From Prorocentrum cordatum (taxonomy: Eukaryota): a DNA stretch of 64,000 nt. Location: contig CAUYUJ010000205.1 of assembly GCA_963575745.1 (NCBI GenBank), positions 1 through 64,000 on the forward strand, given 5' to 3'. Shown piece after piece: positions 1-13,242 of the stretch; positions within the stretch are counted from its first letter, which is position 1; each line of letters begins with the position of its first letter. The position numbers and the translations under genes were made by a program. The notes beneath the pieces are model-generated. The model made no database searches. It was not told the DNA's origin and saw nothing but the letters and a program-made list of their open reading frames with translations.

Positions 1-2491
1 GCTATTCGAGTCGTTTGACAGACGCTCTCGGTTTTTTGTACTTAACTCGAGCTGTAGGGCAGCTGCAGGGATCATTATCACAGACATAGATGGGGAATCA
101 TCAGTCGCGTTCGTCTATTGAACCGAGAGCTCTGAACTCGGCCTGCTGCCCGAGCTAGGTTCGCGAAACTATTCGTATTGTCCGAATCATCTTGAGAAGT
201 GCTCTCGGTCTTCTGCACTCAACTCGTGCTGGGGAGGGCTACAGTGCTGCGGGTCACAGATATCGATTTGCACAGATCAGGCGCGTCTGTTGGTCGATTC
301 CAGAGCTCGGAACTCGGTCTGCTGCTCGAACTGGGTCCGCGAAACTATTCTATTATTCGAGTCGATACTGTCGGTTTTCTGGACTTACCTCGGGCTGTAG
401 GGGGGTGGGAATCACATGAGTGGATTCACAGACATCAGACGCGCCCGCCTGTCGCATTCAGAGGTCTGAACTCGGTTCGATACTCGAACTGGGTTGCGAA
501 ACTGTTTGTTTTTTGGTTAGAGTCATCTTGAAAGGTCTGAAATCGCTTGGGCTGAAAAACTAGTCCTTCTTTGGAGTTTTTTTCCACAGTATATTCTGTC
601 AGGAAGCTCTACGAGTCCCCCGGCGGTAAGAAAGGTTGACGGTTTACCGCCGGCGCCCAGTGGTGGTTCCCCCTAGTCTATTAATCGAAATAATGCAGCT
701 AGGGCCCTGAGAATTGTATCATCGAAAGCGTCATGATTCACTGCATGGAATGAAAATTCAAATTTGCAAAACGAATTTCAAAATCTCTCGTCATCTTCGA
801 AAAACCGACCCCAGGTCACCACATTGTCCGCCCGGGCCGGGTTGGCGAACTAGCTCCAACCCGCGCCGGAATTCCTCTAGCTCATCGATGCCGAAGAGCT
901 CTACGAGGTATTTTCAATCGACCAAAAGTCAGCAAAAGGTTCGTCGAGATTTTTCTTGCCAATTGGTAGCGTCCATTGGTTGCGTCCAAAACCCGGAGAG
1001 CAAGAAGGACAAACGCCCGAAAGCCTTCCTGGCGAGCTCTCGGAAGCTCTCCTGAAGCGCTCCCCGGGCTCTGGGGGGCTTTCCTGGGGCGCTTCTGAAG
1101 CGCTGCCAGGAACGCTTCCACGCGTGCCTGCACGCGTGCAGGCACGCGTAGACGCTTGCCGGAAGCTCTCCCGGACACGCTGCCGGGCCGGGCGAGGCGC
1201 TGCGGGGATCGTGGACCGGCGGAGATGGGCTGCTGGCGGGCACCACCACCGTCCGGCTTCTTCTATAATACCCTCTAGCTCTCAGAGAGCTCTCCGGGAA
1301 AAACCCGGAGAGCAAAGAGAACACAAACCGGAAAACCTTCCTCGCAAGCCCTTGGAAGCTCGCGTTAAGCTCTTCTGGGGCTCTGGGGGGCTCCCCCGCA
1401 ACGCTTCCGAAGCGCTGCCACAAACGCTTCCACGCGTGCCTGCACGCTTGCGGGCACGCGTGGAAGCTTGCCGGAAGCTCTCCCGGACCAGTTGCCGGCT
1501 CGAACGACCTGCTGCGAGAATTCTGGACCGGCGGAGATGGGCTGCTGGCGGGCACCACCACCGTCCGGCTTCTAATCTTAAACCTTTTAGCTCTCAGCGA
1601 GCTCTCCGGGAATTGGTGGTAGCGTCCAAAACCCCGAGAGCAAAGAGAACACACACCGGAAGTCCTTCCTGGCAGGCTACGGAAGCCCGCGTGAAGCTCT
1701 TCTGGGGCTCTGGGGGGCTTCCCGGCAGCGCTTCCGAAGCGCTGCCAGGAACGCTTCCACGCGTGCCTGCACGCGTGCAGGCACGCCTTGACGCTCGCCG
1801 GAAGCTCTCCCGGACCCGCTGCCGGGTCAGGCGAGCTGCTGCGAGAATTCTGGACCGGCGGAGATGGTCTGCTGGCGGGCACCACCACCGTCCGGCTTCT
1901 AATCCTAAACCCTTTAGCTCTCAGCGAGCTCTCCGGGAACTAGCTCTCCAGCTCCCCGGAATTACTCTTTAGCTTCCAGCAAGACCTTGTTAAGGGAAGC
2001 TCTACAAGTTACTAGCTCCACCCCGCGCCGGAATTCCTCTAGCTCATCGATGCCGAAGAGCTCTACGAGGTACTCTTAAGCTTCCAGCAATAACTTGCGG
2101 AGGGAAGCTGTTCAAGTTATTTTTCGGCTTCCAGCAACTAGTTTAGGGAAACTCTACGAGTCATCTGCTCTCCAGCGCGCCGGAATTACTCTGAAGCTCC
2201 CAGCAACTAGCTTAGGGAAGCTCTACGAGTCACTTGGTAGCGTCCAAAACCCGGAGAGCAAAGACACCCTCGGGGACGGGATTCTTTCCTGGAGTGCTCT
2301 GGGGGGCCACCCTGCAGCGCTGCTGAAGCGCTGCTAGGATCGCTTCCATGCATGCCTGCACGCGTTGGGGCACGCTTGGAAGCTTACCGGCAGCCCTCCC
2401 GGACCCGTTGCCGGCTCACCGGAGGCGCTGCAGGGAACGTGGAGCGCCGTGGAAGAGCTCCCGGCGGGCACCACCACCGTCCGGCTTCTAA

Positions 2492-3788
2492 TGACTCGTA
2501 GAGCTTCCCTAAGCTAGTTGCTGGAAGCTTAAGAGTAATTCCGGCGCGCTGGAGAGCTAGTTGGCTCGAAAAAAAAGAACTGAACTTTTCACAACTTTTG
2601 GTCGGTTGAAAATTTTGTTCTCGAAATTCAACAATTCGTTTGTGCTCTAGTATTTTTTCCCGTGGGATTCGATCTTATTCCCGCTCGTCATCTTGATCTC
2701 AGCTCGATCGGGTATCTTTTATTGCCAAAAAGCACACTGGCGGGATCGGCCGTTTCGAGTCATCTTGATACGCGTTGTCGGTATTTTGTACTTAACTCGA
2801 GCTGTAGGACAGCTACAGAGCTGGTAAGCACAGCTAATCGATGTAGAATGATTAGGTGCGTTCGCCTGTGAATCCAGAGCTCTGAACTCGGTTTGCTAGC
2901 CGAGCTAGGTCCGCAAACCTATTCGTATTATTCAAGTCATCTTGATTCGCACTGTCGGTATTCTGAACTTAACTCGAGGTATAGGACAGCTACAGAGCTG
3001 GTAAGCACGCCTCATCGACTCAGAATCATCAGGCGCGTTCGGCTGTTCCAACCAGAGGTCTGAACTCGGTCTGCTAGCCGAGCCAGGTTCGCAAACCTAT
3101 TCGTATTATTCGAATCATCTTGATAGGCGCTCTCGATTTCCTGTACTTAACTCGAGCTATAGGACAGCTACAGGGCTGATAGTTACAGAAACCGATTCAG
3201 AATCATCAGTCGCGTTTGTCTGTCGAATCCAGAGCTCTGAACTCGGTCTGCTGCGCGATCTAGAATCACGAAACTGTTCGTATTCTTCCAGTCATCTTGA
3301 AAGCTACTGTCGGCGTTCTGCACGTAACTCGGGCTGTAGGGAGGCTTTTTTTTTTTCTTTTGTTTTTTTTCTGTTTCTGCAGGGCGGGTAATTCACAAAG
3401 GAAATAGAGAAGGAAAGGGAAGGAGGAATTTCGAATTTCGGAGACATTTTCGGACGCAGTCCTCCGTCTGCCGCGGGTCTGTGTTCGCATATCAGAGTGG
3501 TTTAGTATATGCCTTGTTAACCCTCCTGCCTTCCTGCTGGACTCCGGGTCATGGATCACTCGAGGTTTTTTTGGGCCTGGCTTTGAAAAAAAAACTATTC
3601 GTATTCTGCAATTTTTTGTTTGTTTTTTCGATACACCCCCTTCCATCAGCTTTACTTTATATTTCTTTTATACTTTTTTTTTTTTATTATATCATTTCTT
3701 TTTCAGATTTTTTTTTTTATATGTTGTCAGGAAGCTCTACGAGTCCCCCGGCGGTAACAAAGGTTGACGGTTTACCGCCGGCGCCCAG
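2492..3788 (+). mobile_element. Family A element inserted in a family C copy
   Basis: TGACTCGTAGAGCTTCC head, GGAAGCTCTACGAGT + hairpin + CCCAG tail. Flanks CTTCTAA|TCTTAAACCC rejoin to the C consensus seen near 1570. Confidence 0.85.
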
Positions 3789-4274
3789 TCTTAAACCCTT
3801 TAGCTCTCAGCGAGCTCCCCGGGGAAAACCCGGAGAGCATAGGGCAAACACACCAGAAAGCTTTCCGGGCGAGTCGTGCAACGCTCTCGCAAAGCTCTAT
3901 ACTGGCCCTCTGGAAAGCTCCCCTGCAGCGCTGCGGAAGCACTGCCAGAAACGCTTCCATGCGTGCCGGCACGCGTGCGGGCTCGCGTGGAAGCTTGCCG
4001 GAAGCTCCCCCCGACCAGCTGCCGACTCGAACGAGCCGCTGCGGGGATTCTGGACCGGCGAAGATGGGCTGCTGGCGGGCACCCCACGACCAGCTTCTTA
4101 TCTTAAGCCCTTTAGCTCTCAGCGAGCTCTCCGGGAATGAAATCTGCCCCTAGATGGGTCGGCCCTTGGCGTCAATGTATGCAATTAATGTATAGCCACT
4201 TCTATACACACACGTCTAGGTATACGGCACGCGTTTATTTATGTTTGTAGGTACGTATGCGTGCGTGTGCATGT

Positions 4275-5332
4275 CTATGGATTGGCACATACGGCTGACT
4301 TACTGGCATATATGCCGTCGCAAATTATGAACAGTTGGATGGGGATTGGCGGGGGCCGAACTGGCGAACTTGCCACCGAACCTCTTAACCCAAACCCGGG
4401 ACAACCATGCAACGCGACAGCCACGCCGATACTGTAACTTGGTAGCGTCCAAAACCCGGAGAGCAAAGAGAACACACACCGGAAAACCTTCCTGGCAAGC
4501 CCACGGAAGCACGCGTGAAGCTCTTCTGGGGCTCTGGGGGGCTCCCCGGCAGCGCTTCCGAAGCGCTGCCAGGAACGCTTCCACGCGTGCCTGCACGCGT
4601 GCAGGCACGCCTAGACGCTCGCCGGAAGCTCTCCCGGACACGCTGCCGGGTCAGGCGAGCTGCTGCGAGAATTCTGGACCGGCGGAGATGGGCTGCTGGC
4701 GGGCACCACCACCGTCCCGCTTCTAATCTTAAACCCTTTAGCTCTCAGCGAGCTCTCCGGGAATTCCACTGGCCCATTGATTCGGCCGCAAAGCCTAAAC
4801 CACCAAACAACACAATGGAACGCCACAAACAGCTGGCATCACACACAAGAGCGTCTGGGGATGGATTCGATGTTCGGTGTGGGGCGCGAACGCTGGGGAT
4901 GAGGCGTTAGGGCGTCGGCATTGGCCCGCCCCGCGCAAGCCTTCGACGTCCTGCGAATGGCCGCTGAGCTCATCTCGCAGCATGAGTGCGAAGCCGTACA
5001 ACTGGTAAGGTACCATGCCGCCAGACGTGATGACGGCATCGATGTGATTGCCATAGACCTCCTTCACCTTCACGGTAACGCCGTCAAAAACGTCATTGAG
5101 GCAGTGGCATATTGGACACGGGGTTGAGAGTTGCTGACAAACGGCGACCCGCTTAGCATCTTCAACGCCAGCGGGCCGTTGAGGAAGTACAAGCAAGAAA
5201 ACAGGAAACTTCTCGCATGGCCTCGCGAAGCGGAACCACCATAAACAAGCTGCCACCAATGCTCCATGAACAATGCGCTCGATTGCAGCACAAAGATATC
5301 GAACAGGAACGCCGCGCGCACCTGCCCAAATA
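4275..5332 (-). pseudogene. C-terminal part of a decayed hAT-like DDE transposase (split by a family C copy at 4438-4763)
   Basis: ORF 4795..5259 with ELSGHSQDVEG, resembling the hAT S-x-x-x-E catalytic motif. Its frame continues into 38169 when 5333-38168 is removed. Confidence 0.5.
4438..4763 (-). mobile_element. Family C element (326 bp)
   Basis: Minus strand TTCCCGGAGAGC...GCTCTCCGGGTTTTGGACGCTACCAAG in unique sequence; inserted before TT, no TSD. Confidence 0.85.
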
Positions 5333-7200
5333 TTCCCGGAGAGCTCTCTGAGAGCTAGAGGGTTTTAGATTAGAAGCTGGGCGGTGGTGGTGCCCGCCAG
5401 CAGCCCATCTTCGCCAGTCCACGATCCTCGCAGCAACTTGCCCGACCCGGCAGCGTGTCAGGGAAAGCTTCCGGCAAGCTTCCACGCGTGCCTCCACGCG
5501 TGCAGGCACGCGTGGAAGCGTTCCTGGTAGCGTTTCAAAGACGCTGCAGGGATGCCCCCCGAGCCCCAGAAGAGCTTCACGAGAGCTTCTGTGGGCTTGC
5601 CAGGAAGGCTTCTCCCGGATAGCCTCTTGGGCTACGTAGGGTTGTTAGACTAGAAGCCGGCGGGCGCGCGTACGCCGCCGCACCCCTCCGCCCACCGCTC
5701 TACGTGCCCTTCCGTGACTCGTACCTCGTAGAGCTCTTCGGCAAGATGAGCTAAGAGGAATTCGGGCGCAGGTGGAGCTAGTTGGCCGACCCGAGCTTAA
5801 GAGACAATGAGACGACTTGGGGTCGGTTATTCTATCTTTGCGCAAAAAGTTAGTTTTATTTTTCCCGGAGAGCTCTCTGAGAGCTAGAGGGTTTTAGATT
5901 AGAAGCCGGACGGTGGTGGTGCCCGCCAGCAGCCCATCTCCGCCGCTCCACGATCCCCGCAGCGCCTCGCCTGACCCGGCAGAGGGTCCGGGAGCGCTTC
6001 CGGCAAGCCTCTGCGCGTGCCTGCACGCGTGCAGGCACGCGTGGAAGCGATCCTGGCAGCGCTTCAGAAGCGCCCCAGGGGAGCCCCCGGAGCTCCGGAA
6101 GCGCTTCAGGGGAGCTTCCGAAAGCTGGCCAGGAAGGCTGTCGGGTGTGTGCCCTCCTTGCTCTCCGGGTTTTGGACGCATCCAAGTTCTATCTTTGTTC
6201 CCGGAGAGCTCGCTGAGAGCTAAAGGGTTTAAGATTAGAAGGCAGACGGTGGTGGTCCCGCCAGGAGCTCTTCCACGGCGGTCCACGTTCCCCGCAGAAA
6301 CTCCGGCGGCCCGGTAACGTGTCCGGGAGAGCTGCCGGCAAGCTTCCACGCGTGCCTGCACGCGTGCAGGCACGCATGGAAGCGTTCCTGGCAGCGCTTC
6401 AGCAGCCCTCCAGGGGAGCTTCCCAGGGCTCTCCAGGAAAGATTTCCCGTCCTGGAGAGTGTCTTCGCTCTTCGGGTTTTTCCCGGGGAGCTCTCTGAGA
6501 GCTAAAGGGTTTTAGATTACAAGCCGGACGGTGGTGGTGCCCGCCAGCAGCCCATCTTCGCCGGCCCAGAATCCCCGCAGCCGTTCGTTCGACCAGGCAG
6601 CGTGTCCGGGAGAGCTGCCGGCAAGCATCCGCGCAGGCCTTCACGCGTGCAGGCACGCGTGGAAGCGTTCCTGGCAGCGTTTCAGAGACGCTGCAGGGGG
6701 GCGCCCCGAGCTCCAGAAGAGCTTCACGAGAGTTTCTGTGGGCTTGCCAGGACGGCTGTTCAGTGCGTGTTCTCTTTGCTCTCCGGGTTTTTCCCGGAGA
6801 GCTCGCTGAGAGCTAAAGGGTTTAAAATTAGAAGCCGGACGGTGGTGGTGCCCGCCAGGAACTTTTCCGCGGCGCTCCACGGTCGCCGCAGACACTCCGG
6901 CGACCCGGCAGCGGGTCCGGGAGAGCTCCCCGCCAGCTTCCACACGTGTACCTCGTAGAGCTCTTCGGCATCGATGAGACCTCTCTGATTTTTTTTTTTT
7001 GCCTTTGTTGTGGGTCCTTTTCCATATTTATTTTTATTATTTTTATTTTTTTTTTTTTCGTTTTAGCCTTTTTTTTATTTTGTTTTTGTCTTTTTTCTTT
7101 TTTTAGCCTTGTTTAATAGTTTTTTTTTTAGTTGACTTTCTTTTCTTTTTTTTGTTTTTTATTTAGAGGAATAACTTGTAGAGCTTCCCGTAGCAAGTTA

Positions 7201-7525
7201 TTCCCGGAAAGCTCGCTGAGAGCTAAAGAGTTTAAGATAAGAAACCGGACGGTGGCGGTGCCCGCCAGCAGCCCATCTCCGCTGCTCCACGATCCACGCA
7301 GCGCCTCGCCTGATCCGGCAGCTGGTCCGGGGGAGCTTCCGGCAAGCTTCCAGGCGTGCCTGCACGCGTGCAGGCACGCGTGGAAGCGATCCTGGCAGCG
7401 CTTCGGAAGCGCTGCCGGGGAACCCCCCAGAGCTCCAGAAGAGCTTCACGCGAGCTTCCGTGGGATTGCCAGGAAGGTTTTCCAGTGTGTGTCTCTTTGC
7501 TCTCCGGGTTTTGGACGCTACCAAG
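7201..7525 (+). mobile_element. Family C element (325 bp) inserted in a family A head
   Basis: Flanks GCAAGTTA|TTGCTGGAAGC rejoin to the A head consensus. Confidence 0.85.
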
Positions 7526-7840
7526 TTGCTGGAAGCTTAAGAGCAATAACTCGTAGAGCTTCCCTGAGCAAGTTATTGCTGGAAGCGAAGAGTAATTCCC
7601 GGAGAGCTCGCTGAGAGCTAAAGGGTTTAAGATTAGAAGCCGGACGGTGGTGGTGCCCGCCAGGAGCTCTCCACGGCGGTCCACGTTCCCCGCAGCGACT
7701 CGCCTGAACCGGCAACGTGTCCGGGAGAGCTTCCGGCAAGCTTCCACGCGTGCCTGCACGCGTGCAGGCACGCATGGAAGCGTTTCGGCCAGCGCTTCAG
7801 AAGCTCTGCTGGGGAGCTTCCCAGAGCTCTCCAGCAAAGA

Positions 7841-8242
7841 CTTGTAAGCGTCCAAAACCCGGATAGCGAAGCCAAGCGCGGAACGCCGCACGTGGACTCT
7901 GCCAGGCCGCCTGAAACAATGCGCGGGACGCTGGAAAACTTGCAGGAGACGCTTGCAGGGGCGCTGTTTACGATGCGTGGGGCCCTTCAAAGCGCGGAAG
8001 GAAGATCTGCCTAGGAGCCTGGAAAAACTGCCGAAGCTCTTCCGAAGCTCTGCCGAAGCGCTTCGCGCACCCTGGAGCCACGCGTATTGGGAAACGCTAG
8101 GAAGCCACGCTCCCGGACCCGCTGCAACCTCCGGCGAGTTGCTGCGAGAATCGTGGACCGGCGGAGGTGGGCGTGTCTCCCTCACCACCCACCGCCGGCT
8201 TCTTCTCTGAAACCCTCAGCTCTCCAAGGAGCTATCCGGGAA
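7841..8242 (-). mobile_element. Family D element (402 bp)
   Basis: Minus strand TTCCCGGATAGC...GCTATCCGGGTTTTGGACGCTTACAAG. Flanks CAAAGA|TTTCCCG match the C-type sequence near 6435. Confidence 0.8.
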
Positions 8243-8609
8243 TTTCCCGTTCCCAAAGGGTTTCTTCGCTCTCCGGGTTTTTCCCGGGTAGCTCCTTGGC
8301 GAGCTGAGGGTTTCAGATAAGAAGCCGGCGGTGGGTGGTGAGGAGCACACGCCCATCTCCGCCGGTCCACGATTCTCGCAGCAGGTTGCCGGAACCGGCA
8401 GCGGGTCCGGGAGCGTGGCTTCCTAGCGTTTCCCAATACGCGTGGCTCCAGGGTGCGCGAAGCGCTTCGGCAGAGCTTCGGAAGAGCTTCGGCAGTTCCC
8501 GGGTAGCTCCTTGGAGAGCTGAGGGTTTCAGATAAGAAGCCGGAGGTGGGTGGTGAGGGGGGCACGCCCACGCTCGCCGGTCCACGCTCGCCGGAGAAAC
8601 TCGCCGGAG

Positions 8610-9718
8610 TAACTCGTAGAGCTTCCCTTAGCAAGTTATTGCTGGAAGCTTAAGAGTAATTCCGGGGAGCTGGAGAGCTAGTTGGCAAGAAAAATCTCGA
8701 CGGACCTTTTGATGACTTTTGGTCGGTTGAAAATTTTGTTCTCAAAATTTGACCATTCGTTAGAGCTCTAGTATTTTCTCCCATGATATTCGATCTTATT
8801 CCCGCTCGCCATCTTGATCTCAGCTCGATCGGGTAACTTTGAAGGCCAAAAAGCAGGCAGGCGGGAACGGCCGTTTCGAGTCATCTTGATACGCGCTGTC
8901 GGTGTTCTCAAGATAACTCGAGCTTCAGGACAACTACAGAGCTGGTTAGCACAGCTAATGCATTCAGAATGATCAGGCGCGTTCGCCTGTTGAATCCAGA
9001 GGTCTGAACTCGGTCTGCTAGCCGAGCTAGGGTCGCAAACCTATTCGTATTATTCGAGTCATTGTAGCAGACGCTCTCGGTTTTTCGTACTTAACTCGAT
9101 CTGTAGGGCGGCCACAGAGCTGATAATCACAGAAATCGATTGATAATTACCAGGCGCGTTCGTCTGTTGAATCAACAGATCTGAACTCGGCCTGCTCCCC
9201 GAGCTAGGTTCGCGAACCTATTTGTATTCTTCGAGTGGTCTTGAGAAGTGCTCTCGGTTTTCTGTACTTTAATCGTGCTGGGGGAGGGTTAGAGTGCTGC
9301 TGGTCACAGAAATCGATTCCGAGACATCAGGCGCGTCCGTTCGTCGAATCGAGAGCTCGGAACCCGGTCTGCTGCTCCGAAACTATTGTATTATTCGAGT
9401 CATTCTGAGAGGTACTCTCGCTTTTCTTCACTTAACTCAGGCTGTATGGGGGGCTGCAGAGCTGGTAATTACAGGAATCGATCTGCAGACATCAGACGCG
9501 TCCGCCTGTCGCATTCAAAGGTCTGAACTCGGTTTCATACTCGAGCTCGATTGGAAAACTGTTGGTTTGTTTTGTTAGAGTCATTTTGAGAGGTCTATAT
9601 TCGCTTGGGCTGAAAAGCTAGCCGATCTCTGAAATTCTTTTCCGCATTATATATTGTCAGGAAGCTCTACGAGTCCCCCGGCGGTAAGAAAGGTTGACGG
9701 TTTACCGCCGGCGCCCAG
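8610..9718 (+). mobile_element. Family A element inserted in a family D copy
   Basis: Complete head and tail; flanks CTCGCCGGAG|TTCGCAGCGGG rejoin to D-like sequence. Confidence 0.85.
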
Positions 9719-9848
9719 TTCGCAGCGGGTCCGGGAGCGTGGCATCTAGCGTTTCCCAATACGCGTGGCTCCAGGGTGCGCGAAGCGCTTCGGCAGAGCT
9801 TCGGAAGAGCTTCGGCAGTTCTTCCAGGCTCCTAGGCAGATCTTCCTT

Positions 9849-10250
9849 TTCCCGGATAGCTCCTTGAGAGCAGAGGGTTTCAGAGAAGAAGCCGGCTGTG
9901 GGTGGTGAGGAGGACACGCCCACCTTCGCCGGTCCACGATCGTCGCAGCAGCTTGCCGGAACCGGCAGCGGGTCCGGGAGCGTGGCTTCCTAGCGTTTCC
10001 CAATACGCGTGGCTCCAGGGTGCGCGAAGCGCTTCGGCAGAGCTTCGGAAGAGCTTCGGCAGTTCTTCCAGGCTCCTGGGCAAATCTTCCTTGCGCGCTT
10101 TGCAGGGCCCCACGCATCGTAAACGGCGCTCCTGCAAGCGTCTCCTGCCAGGTTTCCAGCGTCCCGCGCATCGTTTCAGGCGGCCTGGCAGAGGTCCCCG
10201 TGCGGCGTTCCGCCCTTGGCTTCGCTATCCGGGTTTTGGACGCTTACAAG
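9849..10250 (+). mobile_element. Family D element (402 bp)
   Basis: TTCCCGGATAGC head and GCTATCCGGGTTTTGGACGCTTACAAG tail; same length as 7841-8242. Confidence 0.8.
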
Positions 10251-10276
10251 TAACTCGTAGAGCTTCCCTTAGCAAG

Positions 10277-11667
10277 TAACTCGTAGAGCTTCCCTTAGCT
10301 AGTTATAGCTGGAAGCTAAGAGTAATTCCGGCGCGCCCCACAGCTAGTTGGCTCGAAAAAAAAGAACTGAACTTTTGACAACTTTTGCTCGGTTGAAAAT
10401 TTTGTTCTCGAAATTTGACCATTCGTTAGAGCTCTAGTATTTTTTCCCGTGATATTCGACCTTATTCCCGCTCGCCATCTTGATCTCAGCTCGATCGGGT
10501 AACTTTGAAGGCCAAAAAGCACGGTGGCGGGACCGGCCGTTTCGAGTCATTTTGATATGCGCTGTCGGTATTTTGTACTGAACTCGAGCTGTAGGGCAGC
10601 TACAGAGCTGGCCAGCACAGCTATCGCACTCAGAATCAGCAGACGCGTTCGCCGGTTGAATTCAGAGGTCTGAACTCGGTCTGGCAGCCGAGCTAGGTCC
10701 GGAAACCTATTCGTATTATTCGAGTCAACTTGATACGCGTTGTCGGTATTTTCTACTTAACTCGAGCTGTAGGGCAGCTACAGTGCTGGTAAGCACGCCT
10801 ATCGCTCGCAGAATGATCAGGCGCGGTCGCCTGTTGAATTGATAGGTCTGAACTCGGTCTGCTAGGCGAGCTAGGTCCGCAAACCTATTCGTATTATTCG
10901 AGTGAGCTTGATACGCGTTGTCGGCATTTTCTACTTAACTCGAGCTGTAGGGCAGCTACAGTGCTGGTAAGCACACCTATCGCACTCAGAATAATCAGGC
11001 GCGTTCGCCTGTTGAATCGATAGGTCTGAACTCGGTCTGCTAGGCGAGCTAGGTCCGCAAACCTATTCGTATTATTCGAGTCCACTTGATACGCGTTGTC
11101 GGTATTTTCTACTTAACTCGCGCTGTAGGGCAGCTACAGTGCTGGTAAGCACACCTATGGCACTCAGAATAATCAGGCGCGTTCGCCTGTTGAATTCATA
11201 GGTCTGAAATCGGTCTGTTAGCCGAGCTAGGTCCGCAAACCTATTCGTATTATTCGTGTCAACTTGATACGCTTTGTCGGTATTCTCTACTTAAATCGAG
11301 CTGTAGGGCAGCTACAGTGCTGGTAAGCACGCCTATCGCACTCAGAATAATCAGGCGCGTTCGCCTGTTGAATCCAGAGCTCTGAACTCGGTCTGCTGCG
11401 CGATCTAGAATCACGAAACTGTTCGTATTCTTCCAGTCAGCTTGAGAGCTACTGTCGGCGTTCTGCACTTAGCTCGGGCTGTAGGGGGGCTGCAGGGCGG
11501 GTAATCAGAGGAATCGATTCGGAGACATCAGACGCCTCGGTCTGATGCTCGAGTTGGGCTGAAAAACTATTCGTTCTCTACAATTTTCTTCGACATTATA
11601 TGTTGTCAGGAAGCTCTACGAGTCCCCCGGCGGTAACAAAGGTTGACGGTTTACCGCCGGCGCCCAG
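10277..11667 (+). mobile_element. Family A element inserted in the head of another family A element
   Basis: Flanks CCCTTAGCAAG|TTATTGCTGGAAGC rejoin to the A head. Confidence 0.85.
10543..11460 (+). repeat. 178-bp tandem repeat internal to family A (example array)
   Basis: Equivalent positions at 10721, 10899, 11077 and 11255; the same unit recurs inside every long A copy. Confidence 0.9.
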
Positions 11668-12087
11668 TTATTGCTGGAAGCTTAAGAGTAACTCCGGAGC
11701 GCAAGAAGCCGGACGATGCTTGTGCCTGCCAGGAGCTCCTCCACGGCGGTCCACGCTCGTCGCAGCGGCTTGCCGGAACTTGCAGCGGGTCCGGGAGCGT
11801 GGCTTCCTAGCGTTTCCCAATACGCGTGGCTCCAGGGTGCGCGAAGCGCTTCGGCAGAGCTTCGGCAGAGCTTCGCCAGTGCTCGCAGGCTCCCAGGCAG
11901 ATCTTCCTTGCGTGATTTGAAGGGCCCCACGCATCGTAAACGGCGCCCCCGCGAGCGATTCCTGCGAGGTTTCCAGCGTCCCGCGCATCGTCTCAGGTAC
12001 CCTGGCAGAGCTCCCGTGCGACGTTCCGCGCTTGGCTTCGCTATCCGGGTTTTGGACGCTTACAAGTTGCTGGAAGCTTAAGAGTAA

Positions 12088-13195
12088 TAACTCGTAGAGC
12101 TTCCCTTAGCTAGTTATAGCTGAAAGCTAAGAGTAATTCCGGGGCGCCCCAGAGCTAGTTGGCAAGAAAAATCTCGACGGACCTTTTGGTGACTTTTGGT
12201 CGGTTGAAAATTTTGTTCTCGAAATTTGACGATTCGTTAGAGCTCTAGTATTTTTTCCCATGATATTCGATCTTATTCCCGCTCGCCATCTTGATCTCAG
12301 CTCGATCGGGTAACTTTAAAGGCCAAAAAGCAGGCAGACGGGAACGACCATTTCGAGTCATCTTGATACGCGCTGTCGGTTTTCTGAATATAACTCGAGC
12401 TTCAGAGCAGCTACAGAGCTGGTAAGCACAGCTATCGCACTCAGAATGATCAGGCGCGTTCGCCTGTTGAATCCAGAGGTCTGAATTCGGTCTGCTAGCT
12501 GAGCTAGGTCCGCAAACCTATTCGTATTATTCCAGTCATCTTGACAGACGCTCCGGTTTTCTGTACTTAACCCGAGCTGTAGGACAGCTACGGGGCTCAT
12601 TGTGACAGCCATCGATGGGAAATTATTAGTCGCGTTCGTCTATTGAACCGAGAGCTCTGAACAGGGCCTGCTGCCCGAGCTAGGTTCGCGAAACTATTCG
12701 TATTGTCCGAATGATCTTGAGACGTGCTCTCAATTTTCTGCACTCAACTTGTGCTGGGGGAGGGCTTCAGTGCTGCGGGTCACATATATCGATTTGCACA
12801 CATCAGGCACGTTTTTCGGTCGATTCGAGAGCTTGGAACTTGGTCTGCTGCTCGAACTAGATTCGCAAAACTATTATATTATTCGAGTCGATACTGTCGG
12901 TTTTCTGCACTTAACTCGGGCTGTAGGGGGGCTTCAGGGCTGGGGATCACATGAGTGGATTCGGAGACATCAGACGCGCCCGCATGTCGCATGGAGAGGT
13001 CTGAACTCGGTTTGATACTCGAACTGGGTTGCGAAACTGTTTGTTTTTTTGTTAGTGTTATCTTGAGAGGTCTGAAATCGCTTGGGCTTAAAGAATAGTC
13101 GTCCTTCGGGGTTTTTCCCCACAGTATATATTGTCAGGAAGCTCTACGAGTCCCCCGGCGGTAAGAAAGGTTGACGGTTTACCGCCGGCGCCCAG
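12088..13195 (+). mobile_element. Family A element
   Basis: Flanks AAGAGTAA|TTCCGGAGCG rejoin to the A head. Confidence 0.85.
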
Positions 13196-13242
13196 TTCCG
13201 GAGCGCTGGAGAGCTAGTTGGCAAGAAAAATATCGACGGACC

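Noticed and set aside
10543..11460. Homology to plant 178-bp centromeric satellite
   Set aside because: Only the length is shared; I see no sequence evidence.
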